This document shows, piece by piece, positions 35,293-46,661 of a stretch of DNA of 64,000 nt; position 1 is the first letter of the stretch; each line of letters begins with the position of its first letter. The stretch comes from a virus. The translations under genes and the position numbers were made by a program. The notes below the pieces were generated by a model that did no database searches, was not told the DNA's origin, and saw only the letters and a list, made by a program, of their open reading frames with translations. Where the stretch lies: IMG/VR virus record IMGVR_UViG_3300027733_000033; one strand, 5' to 3'.

Positions 35293-38200
35293 TTAGATGT
35301 ACATTTTCCGTATAAGAAGGAGCGAAACTGTTGGACCAGCACCCATAAAACTTGGGCTGACTTGACCGTCTTGTTTGTACGAATGATACAAGCCTTTATT
35401 ATCAAAATACCAAAGGAATGGAGTATTCTCTAAAATGATAGGATAGTTTGTTGTGTTTAATTTTGAAAATCCACTAAACACATTCATCATACGTTTATCT
35501 GGAATAATCCAGTCATTATACCAATCAGAAACACCTAATTCTTGATTATTTAGTTTATCCACATAATCTTTAGCTTCCTGAAAATTACTAACATAGGTTC
35601 TAAAATTTATGTCGTATTTTATAATAAACTTGGTATTTGGAATTTCTTTACCGGCGCTATCTACGTCAAACCAAATTCCATTTCCATAAACCGTTAAGCC
35701 GTCTGAAGTATCAGTTCCTTCAATCCATTTTTTTCTAGAACCGTTAACAATTGGGCTATTCAAATCAGAAAATATAACATTATCCACAGTTATACCGTTT
35801 GAAGGAGTTAAAGTCCAATTTAATGGAGTTTTGCTATTAAATCCTGTGGTATCAACATTAAATGTTATTAATTTACTTGTCGCATATAATAGGTTATCTT
35901 TAGTTGTTACATTAATCGTCCCATCAGATTTTTCTTCTAAAATATTTAAAAACGCATTTAATGAAGTTGTTGCTGCAGCCGGTCTATTTAAGAAAAACAT
36001 AGCCTGAGCAATCATATCTAAATTCAATTTATTAGGCAATGCTCTAAATTTGAATTTATAATGAGATGTTGAATTAGAGTCATACGTTATAACACCAGCA
36101 ACAGATTTAGATACATTTGTTATATCCGAAACTAATGGTTCAATATATTCAACCAAATCCGCAGAGAAATTTAATGCGCTTGGTAACACATTGTTATACC
36201 CTTGGACAACAAAATATTCATTATTCTTAACTTGCGTTATCGAATTTCCATTCATATCAAAAAAGTTGATAGTCTGGTTCGGTGTTGATGAATTAACAAC
36301 AAATGCTGATGATGTGACAACAGAACCGTTCGTCGTATACGCCGTATCTTTAGGGTAAACTGTTAACAATATTTCTGTGCTTTGGTCAACAATTAAATTA
36401 TCGTCTAATTTGAATTTAACTTTATTTTCAGTCAATAAATTTCTAGCGTAAACTGTAGTTGTTGCAACAGGAACACCGTCGCCACTTTCTTCAATTAAGC
36501 TAAATTTTCTACCATTTTTAGTTGCTAACGTAAAGTTATACAAATCAGTAACAGATGCGTTTTTAGGCGTAATCGTAAATGTTACAATTTCTCCTTCTTT
36601 TTTAGCATTATTCGCAGAAGATGAATCGTTAGTGATTACAAAGGTTTTCTTTAATCCCGCATTTTGAGAAACGTTTATTGGGAAAAACGCAACAGAACCA
36701 TCAGAACCAACAAATCTAATTCTACACTGCTTAGGTACTGTGGCAGAAGAGTTAAATCCAACAGGAATATAATATTTAAATTTCGCGACGTTTCCAGGCA
36801 TCGCCAGATTGCTACTGTTAAACGTAATCAATCTAGAAGTTAAATCTTCAACAATTGTTATGCCATTAAGGTCTGTGTATGAAATATGAACACCAGCAGC
36901 ACCTTGGATACCAACATAAGATCCTGAAGAATAATCAAACACACCAACTTGATAAGTTGTATCAGTAAGCCTTGGAGTGACGCTAACTTCCCATTGTTGC
37001 GCTTCATTAACATCTTTATCTGCCGATATAATGATACCTTTGTTGGTGTCAATATATGTCAAAGATTTGATTGTAGAATCAGCGACGTTAACGATTTTAG
37101 ATTCAATCTGACCAACTGTATCGGATTTAGAAGTTACCTTAACAATGACTTTGTTGTTTCCTGTCAATGTTACACTAGGAGTTATAACACCGCCACCATT
37201 TATCGCAGTTACCGCTGTTCCGTTGACCCAAACATTTATATCTGAAGCTAATGTTAAACCGTGTAACGGTAGCGTCAATGTATGTGTATCACCGCCGGCA
37301 AAATTTTCTGGCGAATATTCCATGGTAACAGAACCGCCGTTATAAATTGTCATTGGCAACGATGGTTTATAAGCTTTAACTGGAGCTGCAGCAATAGTAG
37401 AAGTCACTAAAGATGAAGCCAAATAGCCTAAATCATTTGCTCTGATAATATAGCATGTCAAACTGACTTTATCATTCGCGGTAATTGAACCAGTGTTAAC
37501 TTTGAATTTTACAAGGTCATTTGCATAAGTCGTTACATCATATAACAATCCAGTTGTAGGAATCACAGCGTTTAGTGCCGCGTTTGTTGTTGTATGAGAA
37601 GAAATAACCGTAGCAGCTGAACCACCATTTGGTGTAATTGTAAAATTAGAAGCTGTTAATGCTGTTGTATTGCCCGCTAACGGATTAATAACAAAATAAA
37701 CCTTATCTGTAGATGTATTGATAACAGCAGTTTTATTAACAAAAATATCATAATCACCGCCTATGGTAATACTAAATGCAGACTCACCAGCATATCCATT
37801 TCTGTAAATAGATAAAGCATCAGAAACGATAGATTTAGTTTTTACTGTTAAGGTTTGTTTCGTTGCCAATTGTTTAATTACACCAGAAACCTTAGCAGAA
37901 CTCAGAGTTAGCGAAATATCATTACCGGCTTGTAACGTGCTAGTGTTCTTTTTAATCCAGAATGTAGTTGATGCTATTTTGTTAGAATCTACTTTATTAT
38001 CAGTAACAGGTATAGAGTAAACCGCGCTTCCTGTAGTTGATGTGAATAAATCTAAAGATTTCGTTCCAGTTTGAATTGTATACGATACCAAATCTCCAGA
38101 AGTAAAATCTCCAGAATAAATATCAGCTCTAACCATATAAGGGTTAGCAGAATCTGGTAAAGTCAAAAACGATGTTATTTCAGAACCTGATACATCGTAA

Positions 38201-41200
38201 AATTTAATCACAGGTAATGGAGTCGCAACAGATACCATCGTCATTTCTGAATTTGTTCCTGTAGGAACAACGCCGCCTGCGTCAACAACAGTCAACACGA
38301 TAGCTTTATTCGTAGGATACCCAACAGAATTTCTTGTTATTGCTGCAGTTAAAGAACCACCAACAGAAATCGTACCAGAACCACTGTATGTGCTAAAATA
38401 GGTTGAAATATCACTAGCATCAGCAAAGGCAATAGACCAAGTTACGTTTCTAGATGTATTTTCATTTGCAATAGTAACAGTATAATTTTTAGTTGCGCCG
38501 GCGGCTATCGTAGCAGAATCTTTTGCTATTGTAAACGCACGAGCAGAATTATTCAAATACAGTGTACTTGTTCCAGACAAACCCCCACGAACAGCAGATT
38601 TTACTTCTGCTTTTAATGTAATATTACTTGGAACCGCAAGGGTGAACCCTACATCAACTAAATTAGATGCAGCAGTTAACGCCGCAACGGTCATAGTTTG
38701 AGAAAATGTGTTGGTATTTCCACTAAATACATACCCAGAAGTTGGCATTGGACTAGGTGTTATTGTAATCGTTACATTTTCTGTAGTAGGTAGCGCTGTT
38801 TGAGTGATTAACAATTTAGCAGAAGAAGCCGTACCGCTTGTGCTAGTTGGATTAATCGTAGTCAAATCTGCTGTGTTAGTACTGTTTCTAAATTTAGTAG
38901 ATAAAGTAGGTTGAACTGATTTAGATAAGTTATATGTGCTAGATGTTAACGTATCTTTATCATTATACAACATAGTGACATTAAAGGTTTTATCTAATGT
39001 AGCAGTTCTTAAAGCAACCGCAGTCAAACTAAATGTAAACACACCAGAACTATTCAATACACCAGAAGTAGCGTTTAAGGTATATTCATTAGATGCTAAA
39101 TTTGAAACTTTGATTCCTGTAACTTTAGTTCCAGCAGCAGCAGAACCATAACTTGATGTTACTGTGAAGTTAATTGTTTCACTATCAGCGATACTAGCAT
39201 TGGCAGATTTATCTGCTGTTAACGTAGAAGTTTCGGCATTATTTTGAATATAACAAATAGAATTAGTGCCTTTCCCTTTGTTGATTCCAGTTAACTCTAA
39301 TTTCAAAGTTTTTGGTGCAGTTAATACTAAGCTATTAGAAACTGTGACAGATACAACCAAAGCTGTTCCTGTGAAAGAAGTAATAGCAGGAGAAACTGTA
39401 TAACCGGTTAAAGTTGTTACATCAACATCATTAGCCGTAATAATAAACGGGATTGTGTCAGATGACGCATTTGTTGTATAATGATTAGTTTCTAACGCAA
39501 AGGTTATTCTAGATCCTTGAGCAACATTAGAAGAATAAGCGTTATTTGACAATTTGTAATATTTCGTGTCAAATATACCTATGATTCTAACAATATGTTC
39601 TTTAGAGTTACCAGAAGCGTCAGTAAAGACGTATCTATACTGACCATTTTTATCTTTGTATACAGTTTGACCAGATACATCATCAGCAGAAACCGTTCTC
39701 GTTAAAATATGAGTAGAGTTAGCGTTAGATGTATTAAATGGGTTTGCCGTAGAGAAAGAAGATGTGATATCAACTTCAGCGGCGCTTCCGATTTTCTTAT
39801 AAACTTTATACGAAATAGGAATATCCGCTTCAGCATTAGTGGACTGGAATGTCACATTAACGGTATCAGTTGTCCCTACTGAAATTGGACCAGTTACAGA
39901 ATATTCAGTTTTTACAGGATTCAACAATTTAATCGTAGACGATAAAGATGTACCGTATAAAAATTCAGGATATTTCGTAATGTCTCTGCTAGATTTATTA
40001 TGCGGAGTAACCGTTAGCGTAATTTTTCTAGCAGCTTGAGATACCCCATCATCTGTTACTTTCAATTTAATGACTGCTTTACCAGCTGAATCAACGGCAA
40101 ACGTAAACGATGCCAAAGATGTAATTGCTGTTCCATTTACAGTTTTAGAATCAAAGGTAGCCGTTCCATCTGTTACAACAACTGTGCCAGTAAAGTCACC
40201 TTTCAAATCATAGTTGACCGCGTTAAACGTAAAGGTGAATATCTCTGCTTCACTAACAACATAACTAGATGGTTCAATGGTATAAGTAGAAGTTGGTTTA
40301 GGAACTTTTAACTCAGTCACCGTAGCAGTGCCAACTTGGTCGCCTGTAACAACAGTAATAGGTTTCGTGTCAGCATATTTTGCGCTCATATCAACGTAAT
40401 AGTTAACAGAAACATATGATGATGCGTATTCTTTACTAGCCGGACTATTAGAGAAAGTAATTACAAAAGTAGATCCTTCTTTCCCCTCAGGAATAACGAT
40501 ATAACCGGTCGCGTTGCCAGAATCATCTGTAGCAGGTGGAGTCGTTAAAAATACAGAACCTGTTGCGTTTGTTACAAACCCGTCTTCTTGCAATTCTTTA
40601 CCAAAGAAATAATACAAATTGGTGTTAGCCAACATGTTAGTTACTTTATATTGGATAACACGTTCACGTGTAACAGGGATAACATTCTTAGTGAAATTAT
40701 ACGTTGTTCCTGATACAACTTTATTTTTTGAAGTGGCAATATCAATAAAATCAGCATCGGCAGAAGTTATAGCAGATGTAGATAAAGTAGCGCCTGATTT
40801 CGGATCCCAAGCATTCCATACTGTAACCGGCACAAGGTCTGATGTTCCAGCTAATTGTTTAATTGTATCAGCATCGTTTACAGGCAACAACTCTTTAACC
40901 CAGTGGTCTGTATCTGGAACCAAAGCAGCAGAACCAGAAACTGTAACAACATTATAAGGGTTAACTGATACTGTTGTTGAATACGAATCCACACCGGTTA
41001 ATTTTGTTGAAGTATAGGGTAAAGTGATTGTGTTAGAATTTATACCTGTTCCAGTCGTAGCTAAATTAGCATGCGCTGTTTTAGTGTAGAATTTTGGTCT
41101 TAATTCATTTTTGTCATAATCAATCTCAGTTTGCATATCTGGATTGGTAACGTCAGCAACATTTTTACCTTGAAAAGAATCAACTAAGAACCCGTTGTTG

Positions 41201-44061
41201 AATAATGGAGTGCCATTATCATCAGTAAAGGTTTTAGATGATGTATCTTTTTCAAGCATAGACAACGAGGTGTAGTATTCAACATTTTCAATTCTGCCTT
41301 CTAATGCTCCGATATCTTTCATCGTATATCTTTTATTTTTAACTAAAGATAATTTTGTCGATTTTTCATCGTCAGTATAAGCATCATAGGTAATAGAACA
41401 AATATCCATAGCATCTGGGTTAGATGCTGGATTGGTAGGTTGTCTAGCAGGAATACCTTGTATGACTTGATATTTACCAGTTTTATCTAAAGACAATTTG
41501 TCGATTCTACCAAGATAATAATCAACATCTAAAATAGCATTAGAATATGGCAAAGTGAATGTATCAAACCCCGCCGCGTCTTCTTGTTGAACTGGTCTAA
41601 AGTCTAAACAGTTTCTCAATTTGTACGTTGAAAACGACACACTATCGTAATAATCTCCAATATCAGAATATGAAACACCAATAGCGTTATTTACAACCAG
41701 AGGTCCTTCACCAGAATGTAAATAATAGTCAAATACAACCAAAACTGTTGTTGCTACTGTGAACACAGATGTTCTGCTTATTGACCCATTACCGTAATAA
41801 GAATCAGTTTGACCGTTATCAATTTGGAATTTAGAAGCAATATTTTCATATGCAGTTGTTCCTAATGTAGTTCCTGTAATATCATACAGTTTACCGTTAC
41901 GCATAACAACAGAATTAGAAGCATATGTGACTAATGGGTCATATGTACCGGCGTAAGTTTTACTTGCAACTACATAAGCGCCCGTGAATTTATGAATATC
42001 AGAAACACCCAAACTTTGTTTAACCGCTGAGTTTGCTGCAAAACTGACAGTTTTTCCATAATTTACCACTAAGGTTTTTGTTCTTGTAGCCTGTCCAGTT
42101 ATATTTACAGTGGCTATGATATCAACAGTCCCATTAAATGACGAATCATTAAAGTCAAAACTCACAGAAGAATTTGTTAATGGATTTGTGCTAACTGTAA
42201 TATCTGCGGTAGACAAATCTAATATTGTGTCAACCGTATAACCAGTGCCAGATGACAAAGTCAATAAAGATATTGTATAATTAATATTGTTAAATGAACC
42301 AGAAGATGGAACAAAATCTTTAGTCAATGAATCTGAAGTTAAAGAACAAACGCCACCGTAAACAGGAACAGATTTGAATAATCTTTTAGATTCATAAGAA
42401 GCTGTAGAAACGGTTTTAATATTACCAAGTGGAATTGGGAACACCAATAATCTATTTGATGTATCAGATATTTTAGACGAAATAAGGGTAGCTGTGAATT
42501 CTCCTGAAATTTCGCCAATAGAAACAACAGAAGCAAACGATTCAGCAGTTAATACAACATCATCTAGATAAAGTTGATATTCTCCATAAGAAACTGGAAG
42601 TAAGTTTATAACTCTAGCAGTCCCAATAACAACATCACTGGAAGAATAAAAATTAATTGAAGATGAACTTGTTATATCAGGCAGATTACCGGTTATTTCA
42701 CTGACAGTAATGTAGTTACCATATTGAGTTGCAACTGTGTAATCTAATGTAGATGCGAAAGTTCTTGGTTTTGTTAACTCAATAGAAGTTACGCCGTTTT
42801 TTTCAATCTCGTAGCCTTTAACATAAGCTTTTCCTGGTGCGACATTTAAAGTTAATAATGTATCATCTGGGTTAGCTTTTACCGTAGGTAATAAACCATT
42901 TACAATATAATCTCCAGATTCGTCATATGTTCTACGAGCGAATATATCTTCAAGATTTGAATAGATAGGTAGGCGTTGGTCTGATTCAACAACACCATTT
43001 TTAATGTGGCAAATATCAATGAAATCTTCAGAAGATAAAGATTGTTCTTGATAGGAAACAGCAGATGCTTCTAAAGATATGAAATATCTATCTGCACCTG
43101 GAGCAGCATAGTTGTACGAACCGAAAGAAGGATCTAATAAAGTTGAATCTGTATCAGAAGTAATGATAGATTCAACTGCTTTTAATCCGATAACTTTAGA
43201 CAATGGAACCGTATATGATGTTGCATCTGTTACTAAAGTGTTAGCATTATTTTTAAGGGTTAAATGTGTATTATCTGCGATACTCAATACAGTTCCGATA
43301 AGTTTATTATCAGATGTAAAAATATCATCACCAATAGCTAATTCAGTTGTAAATAATGTTCCAACGCCGGTAATACTAGCAGAACTTGTTATTGCTGTAA
43401 TTGTTCCCGTATAAGGCAAATTAGCATATTTAGAAACAACAATAGTTTGCGTTGGGCAATATACAAATGAATTTTTAGTATAAAAAATGCCTTCGTCAAT
43501 ACCAAATAAAACAGAATTTCCAGATACATTATCTCCAGTTGCTTCAGTAGAAAAAGATCTAAAAATAGAAGTCGTGCCTATAACTGGATTTGGGACAGAA
43601 TACACATCAAGACGAACACCAGTAGACACATATTTTGATGACGATCCTGTAGAGCCACCAGAAAGGAAAGTAGCATAAATTGTTTTTGGGTCTGTGCCAG
43701 TTTTTTGTGTAACCGCTTTAATTAAAAACTTTCTATTATCTGGTTTAAGTACATCTTCACTATTTACAACGATAGTTTTACCAACTAAAGTATCATCAAA
43801 AACGATAGCGGCGCTATTAAACGAATCTGAGATTTTAAAATAGGTTACGTTAAAATCAATTGTGTGCGCAGCACCATCAACAACTGAGCCATCTTCAAAA
43901 ATATGGTCAGCAAATTTTGTTACTTGGTTTTGAAGAATTGATTGTATCTGCGTAAGCTCACGCGCTTGGACTGCGACTCCTGGTTTAAAAAGTATCTTAT
44001 GGAATCCTTTTTTATGATCATAATCATCATAATAAGGATCTATGTTCAAATTCATTGGCAT
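35293..44061 (-). CDS. Giant virion structural protein (VrlC/DUF4815-like), 2922 aa
   Basis: NLNIDPYYDDY..KILFKPG.AVQARELTQIQSILQNQ, APGADR, ARRTYDESGDY, GKAYVKGYE, RYTMKDIG.LE.RI.N.EYYT.LS. Confidence 0.88.
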   Translation of the reverse strand: MPMNLNIDPYYDDYDHKKGFHKILFKPGVAVQARELTQIQSILQNQVTKFADHIFEDGSVVDGAAHTIDFNVTYFKISDSFNSAAIVFDDTLVGKTIVVNSEDVLKPDNRKFLIKAVTQKTGTDPKTIYATFLSGGSTGSSSKYVSTGVRLDVYSVPNPVIGTTSIFRSFSTEATGDNVSGNSVLFGIDEGIFYTKNSFVYCPTQTIVVSKYANLPYTGTITAITSSASITGVGTLFTTELAIGDDIFTSDNKLIGTVLSIADNTHLTLKNNANTLVTDATSYTVPLSKVIGLKAVESIITSDTDSTLLDPSFGSYNYAAPGADRYFISLEASAVSYQEQSLSSEDFIDICHIKNGVVESDQRLPIYSNLEDIFARRTYDESGDYIVNGLLPTVKANPDDTLLTLNVAPGKAYVKGYEIEKNGVTSIELTKPRTFASTLDYTVATQYGNYITVSEITGNLPDITSSSSINFYSSSDVVIGTARVINLLPVSYGEYQLYLDDVVLTAESFASVVSIGEISGEFTATLISSKISDTSNRLLVFPIPLGNIKTVSTASYESKRLFKSVPVYGGVCSLTSDSLTKDFVPSSGSFNNINYTISLLTLSSGTGYTVDTILDLSTADITVSTNPLTNSSVSFDFNDSSFNGTVDIIATVNITGQATRTKTLVVNYGKTVSFAANSAVKQSLGVSDIHKFTGAYVVASKTYAGTYDPLVTYASNSVVMRNGKLYDITGTTLGTTAYENIASKFQIDNGQTDSYYGNGSISRTSVFTVATTVLVVFDYYLHSGEGPLVVNNAIGVSYSDIGDYYDSVSFSTYKLRNCLDFRPVQQEDAAGFDTFTLPYSNAILDVDYYLGRIDKLSLDKTGKYQVIQGIPARQPTNPASNPDAMDICSITYDAYTDDEKSTKLSLVKNKRYTMKDIGALEGRIENVEYYTSLSMLEKDTSSKTFTDDNGTPLFNNGFLVDSFQGKNVADVTNPDMQTEIDYDKNELRPKFYTKTAHANLATTGTGINSNTITLPYTSTKLTGVDSYSTTVSVNPYNVVTVSGSAALVPDTDHWVKELLPVNDADTIKQLAGTSDLVPVTVWNAWDPKSGATLSTSAITSADADFIDIATSKNKVVSGTTYNFTKNVIPVTRERVIQYKVTNMLANTNLYYFFGKELQEDGFVTNATGSVFLTTPPATDDSGNATGYIVIPEGKEGSTFVITFSNSPASKEYASSYVSVNYYVDMSAKYADTKPITVVTGDQVGTATVTELKVPKPTSTYTIEPSSYVVSEAEIFTFTFNAVNYDLKGDFTGTVVVTDGTATFDSKTVNGTAITSLASFTFAVDSAGKAVIKLKVTDDGVSQAARKITLTVTPHNKSSRDITKYPEFLYGTSLSSTIKLLNPVKTEYSVTGPISVGTTDTVNVTFQSTNAEADIPISYKVYKKIGSAAEVDITSSFSTANPFNTSNANSTHILTRTVSADDVSGQTVYKDKNGQYRYVFTDASGNSKEHIVRIIGIFDTKYYKLSNNAYSSNVAQGSRITFALETNHYTTNASSDTIPFIITANDVDVTTLTGYTVSPAITSFTGTALVVSVTVSNSLVLTAPKTLKLELTGINKGKGTNSICYIQNNAETSTLTADKSANASIADSETINFTVTSSYGSAAAGTKVTGIKVSNLASNEYTLNATSGVLNSSGVFTFSLTAVALRTATLDKTFNVTMLYNDKDTLTSSTYNLSKSVQPTLSTKFRNSTNTADLTTINPTSTSGTASSAKLLITQTALPTTENVTITITPSPMPTSGYVFSGNTNTFSQTMTVAALTAASNLVDVGFTLAVPSNITLKAEVKSAVRGGLSGTSTLYLNNSARAFTIAKDSATIAAGATKNYTVTIANENTSRNVTWSIAFADASDISTYFSTYSGSGTISVGGSLTAAITRNSVGYPTNKAIVLTVVDAGGVVPTGTNSEMTMVSVATPLPVIKFYDVSGSEITSFLTLPDSANPYMVRADIYSGDFTSGDLVSYTIQTGTKSLDLFTSTTGSAVYSIPVTDNKVDSNKIASTTFWIKKNTSTLQAGNDISLTLSSAKVSGVIKQLATKQTLTVKTKSIVSDALSIYRNGYAGESAFSITIGGDYDIFVNKTAVINTSTDKVYFVINPLAGNTTALTASNFTITPNGGSAATVISSHTTTNAALNAVIPTTGLLYDVTTYANDLVKFKVNTGSITANDKVSLTCYIIRANDLGYLASSLVTSTIAAAPVKAYKPSLPMTIYNGGSVTMEYSPENFAGGDTHTLTLPLHGLTLASDINVWVNGTAVTAINGGGVITPSVTLTGNNKVIVKVTSKSDTVGQIESKIVNVADSTIKSLTYIDTNKGIIISADKDVNEAQQWEVSVTPRLTDTTYQVGVFDYSSGSYVGIQGAAGVHISYTDLNGITIVEDLTSRLITFNSSNLAMPGNVAKFKYYIPVGFNSSATVPKQCRIRFVGSDGSVAFFPINVSQNAGLKKTFVITNDSSSANNAKKEGEIVTFTITPKNASVTDLYNFTLATKNGRKFSLIEESGDGVPVATTTVYARNLLTENKVKFKLDDNLIVDQSTEILLTVYPKDTAYTTNGSVVTSSAFVVNSSTPNQTINFFDMNGNSITQVKNNEYFVVQGYNNVLPSALNFSADLVEYIEPLVSDITNVSKSVAGVITYDSNSTSHYKFKFRALPNKLNLDMIAQAMFFLNRPAAATTSLNAFLNILEEKSDGTINVTTKDNLLYATSKLITFNVDTTGFNSKTPLNWTLTPSNGITVDNVIFSDLNSPIVNGSRKKWIEGTDTSDGLTVYGNGIWFDVDSAGKEIPNTKFIIKYDINFRTYVSNFQEAKDYVDKLNNQELGVSDWYNDWIIPDKRMMNVFSGFSKLNTTNYPIILENTPFLWYFDNKGLYHSYKQDGQVSPSFMGAGPTVSLLLIRKMYI

Positions 44062-44116
44062 ATTCTAGTTCTCTTATTGTTATTGGTTAACGATACAATT
44101 ATTTAGCCTAATTTCT

Positions 44117-45736
44117 TCAAAATTTAATTACTGATTGCAAAGAAATAGTTTGTTCATTTGATTGATAAAATGCGTATCTGTTATCTATATACAACATATC
44201 ACCGCTAAACATGTCCACAGATGGGGCAGTGACACTGTCAACCCTAAACACAATACTAGGATTTGTTGAGACAGACAAAAAATTGGAAACAGATAATGGG
44301 ACATTATCTTTAGGTTGTAGCAATAGCGTGCCCCCCGTTGTCGTTGTCTTAGCTGCAACAACGATAAATTGTTTACCAACATAAGAACCTGATGTTAAAT
44401 TTAATATTGTATCGTTTGGATAATCTATCAAATTAAATGTGCTAGTTGTTGTTACAGTATAACAGCTAGAACCTATAATTCCAGTATATGGTAAAGAATC
44501 GGCGGCGCTTGGATTTCTAATTAATCCAAACTGTCTATAATCATTATCAATAACAAAACCGTTAATATTATCATCATGAATAGATGTTGAAAACATAATG
44601 CGATTTCCAAATAATTCTTTTATTGCATTTTTTCCATGTCCACCATATGGAGAAATAATAGCACGAGCTGTTGCATTATGTCCTGTAGAATCAGTTATAG
44701 TTACAGTTGCATAAGTATAATCATATCCTGTATTTGTAATAGTGATACTTTGAATTTGATTAGATAAATTAAACACAGGAATTGCAGTACATCCTTGTCC
44801 ATCACCATTGATTATAATTTGTGTTGTTAATACATTATAATCGTATCCACCAAATGTTACCTTAATTCGTTCAATTGACCCATTTATAGCCGATAATTCA
44901 ACATTAGATTGTTGCGTTGTTACTGAACCGTAATCTGTTGATGATGTTAATTTAGCGCCCGTTCCTGGAGTTGCATTACCATCTGTGACTTGATATTGGA
45001 CATCAAGATACCCTTCTCCGTGATTGTCAATAATCACGCCAGTTATTTGTCCTGTTATATTATCAATATCAGGAGTTATATGTGCACCAACACCTGTTTG
45101 AGAAATAGTTGTAATTGTTGTGGTTGTAGGGTGATAACCAGATCCACCATCTAAAATTACAACATTATCAATACCGCCGTTGTTATAGTATCTCGTTGAC
45201 ATAGAGTTTGACACTGGAACAAACGTCGGTGTCATAAATTTACGCTGGAAAATAATAGGTATTGCATACATAAATTTCCAAATATACCCGTCAACTTCTT
45301 TAAACGGCAATACGTCTGTATTAGACGGTTGAACAGTAGATGGTTGACCATTATTGTTGTTTAAACATTTATAGACTTTATTAGATGATGTCACAACATA
45401 AAACTTAGCAGATTCAAGTGAAGAAGCTCCAGAATTAGCCAAGTTTGTGGTTGAATATAAATCATCATAATCATCATAAACTGTACCGTTAACCCAATTG
45501 ATTCTTGGAATAACGAAAGAAATATCGTTCACAGATACGCGCTTGACAAAAACTGCATCTCGTTTAGTTTGTTGTTCATAAACGAAAGTTTTTGTAGGGT
45601 TTTCCGGTTCATCTGTAACATTATAGGGTAAACTTTTACCAAGATAGTAATAAAATTTTACAGTGTTACTTTTGATGTCACGAAAAGTCGAATCAGCTAA
45701 TGCGATATGGAACCCTTGGCTAATAATTGAACTCAT
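44117..45736 (-). CDS. gp8: Baseplate wedge subunit
   Basis: VIPRINW..GT.Y, FYVVTS..KVYKCL.NN, DGYIWKFMY, GGHG, DYRQFGLI.NP, SGDMLYIDNR. Confidence 0.88.
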   Translation of the reverse strand: MSSIISQGFHIALADSTFRDIKSNTVKFYYYLGKSLPYNVTDEPENPTKTFVYEQQTKRDAVFVKRVSVNDISFVIPRINWVNGTVYDDYDDLYSTTNLANSGASSLESAKFYVVTSSNKVYKCLNNNNGQPSTVQPSNTDVLPFKEVDGYIWKFMYAIPIIFQRKFMTPTFVPVSNSMSTRYYNNGGIDNVVILDGGSGYHPTTTTITTISQTGVGAHITPDIDNITGQITGVIIDNHGEGYLDVQYQVTDGNATPGTGAKLTSSTDYGSVTTQQSNVELSAINGSIERIKVTFGGYDYNVLTTQIIINGDGQGCTAIPVFNLSNQIQSITITNTGYDYTYATVTITDSTGHNATARAIISPYGGHGKNAIKELFGNRIMFSTSIHDDNINGFVIDNDYRQFGLIRNPSAADSLPYTGIIGSSCYTVTTTSTFNLIDYPNDTILNLTSGSYVGKQFIVVAAKTTTTGGTLLLQPKDNVPLSVSNFLSVSTNPSIVFRVDSVTAPSVDMFSGDMLYIDNRYAFYQSNEQTISLQSVIKF

Positions 45737-45743
45737 AAAAATC

Positions 45744-46193
45744 CTAAGAAAGTGTGATTACCCATGAAATAATTATGGATTGTGATGCTATTTTTGTTAT
45801 TGTTGGAAATACAGTTTTGCATAGCATCTTACCACCGGTTAGCGCATTAAAAATACCGGCTTCACTAATAGAACCAGTTGCATTTCCAGCTAAAAATGTC
45901 CCAACATAACTTATGGTGTTGCCATTTACTGTTGGTGTTAATAAATTAACTCTTGTTCCGATTGGTGTTGTTAACGCGGTATCATTAGCTAATACGCGCG
46001 AATCCCCAATGCCAACTCCCATGTGTGACATGGGAGTTTCTGTCGTTCCTGATAATAGCCTTAACAAAATATGATTTTTACCGGCATCAACAATCATGTT
46101 TGGTATTTCAATAGTTTCTAATAATATACCATTCAAATCGAATTTTTCAATGGTCAATTTACCGGTGATTTTTAACATTTCTTTACCAAACAT
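45744..46193 (-). CDS. Small tail-collar-like protein (paralog 2)
   Basis: NMIVDAG, HMGVG.G, EAGIFN, TVFPTITK, SWVIT. Confidence 0.7.
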   Translation of the reverse strand: MFGKEMLKITGKLTIEKFDLNGILLETIEIPNMIVDAGKNHILLRLLSGTTETPMSHMGVGIGDSRVLANDTALTTPIGTRVNLLTPTVNGNTISYVGTFLAGNATGSISEAGIFNALTGGKMLCKTVFPTITKIASQSIIISWVITLS

Positions 46194-46205
46194 AAATTTT
46201 CCTTA

Positions 46206-46652
46206 TTAAGAAATTGTGATTACCCATGTAATTGTGATGGTATCGCCAGCTTCTTTTGTGATAGTAGGGAATACAGTTCTAGCCAACATATTAGTTAAAA
46301 TGCCCGTTGCGCTATTGAATATACCTGCTTCAGTCAATGTTCCTGTGTTTGCACCAGGAGCAAACGTAGTAACATAAGTTACTGTGTTTGTAGACGCAGT
46401 TGTTGATGATAGCGCAACACGAGTAGAAATTTGTGTTCCTAATGCAATATCACCGACAGCTGCCGCAACTGACCCAGAACCAACAGCCATATGAGTAATA
46501 GCGCCGGTTCCCCCAGATAACAATGTGGCAATAATAGTTTTGCCGGTTGTAACAACTAAGTTTGATACAACTTTGTCTGTAACTTCATTATTGCTATTAG
46601 TTTTTACAATAGAAACAACGCCGGTAACTCCAGATTGTGAATTTAAAATCAT
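46206..46652 (-). CDS. Small tail-collar-like protein (paralog 1)
   Basis: NLVVTTG, HMAVGSG, EAGIFN, TVFPTITK, TWVIT. Confidence 0.7.
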   Translation of the reverse strand: MILNSQSGVTGVVSIVKTNSNNEVTDKVVSNLVVTTGKTIIATLLSGGTGAITHMAVGSGSVAAAVGDIALGTQISTRVALSSTTASTNTVTYVTTFAPGANTGTLTEAGIFNSATGILTNMLARTVFPTITKEAGDTITITWVITIS

Positions 46653-46661
46653 TTTTATTCC

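Noticed and set aside
35293-35620. Complete diversity-generating retroelement
   Set aside because: No reverse transcriptase or template repeat recognised in this window
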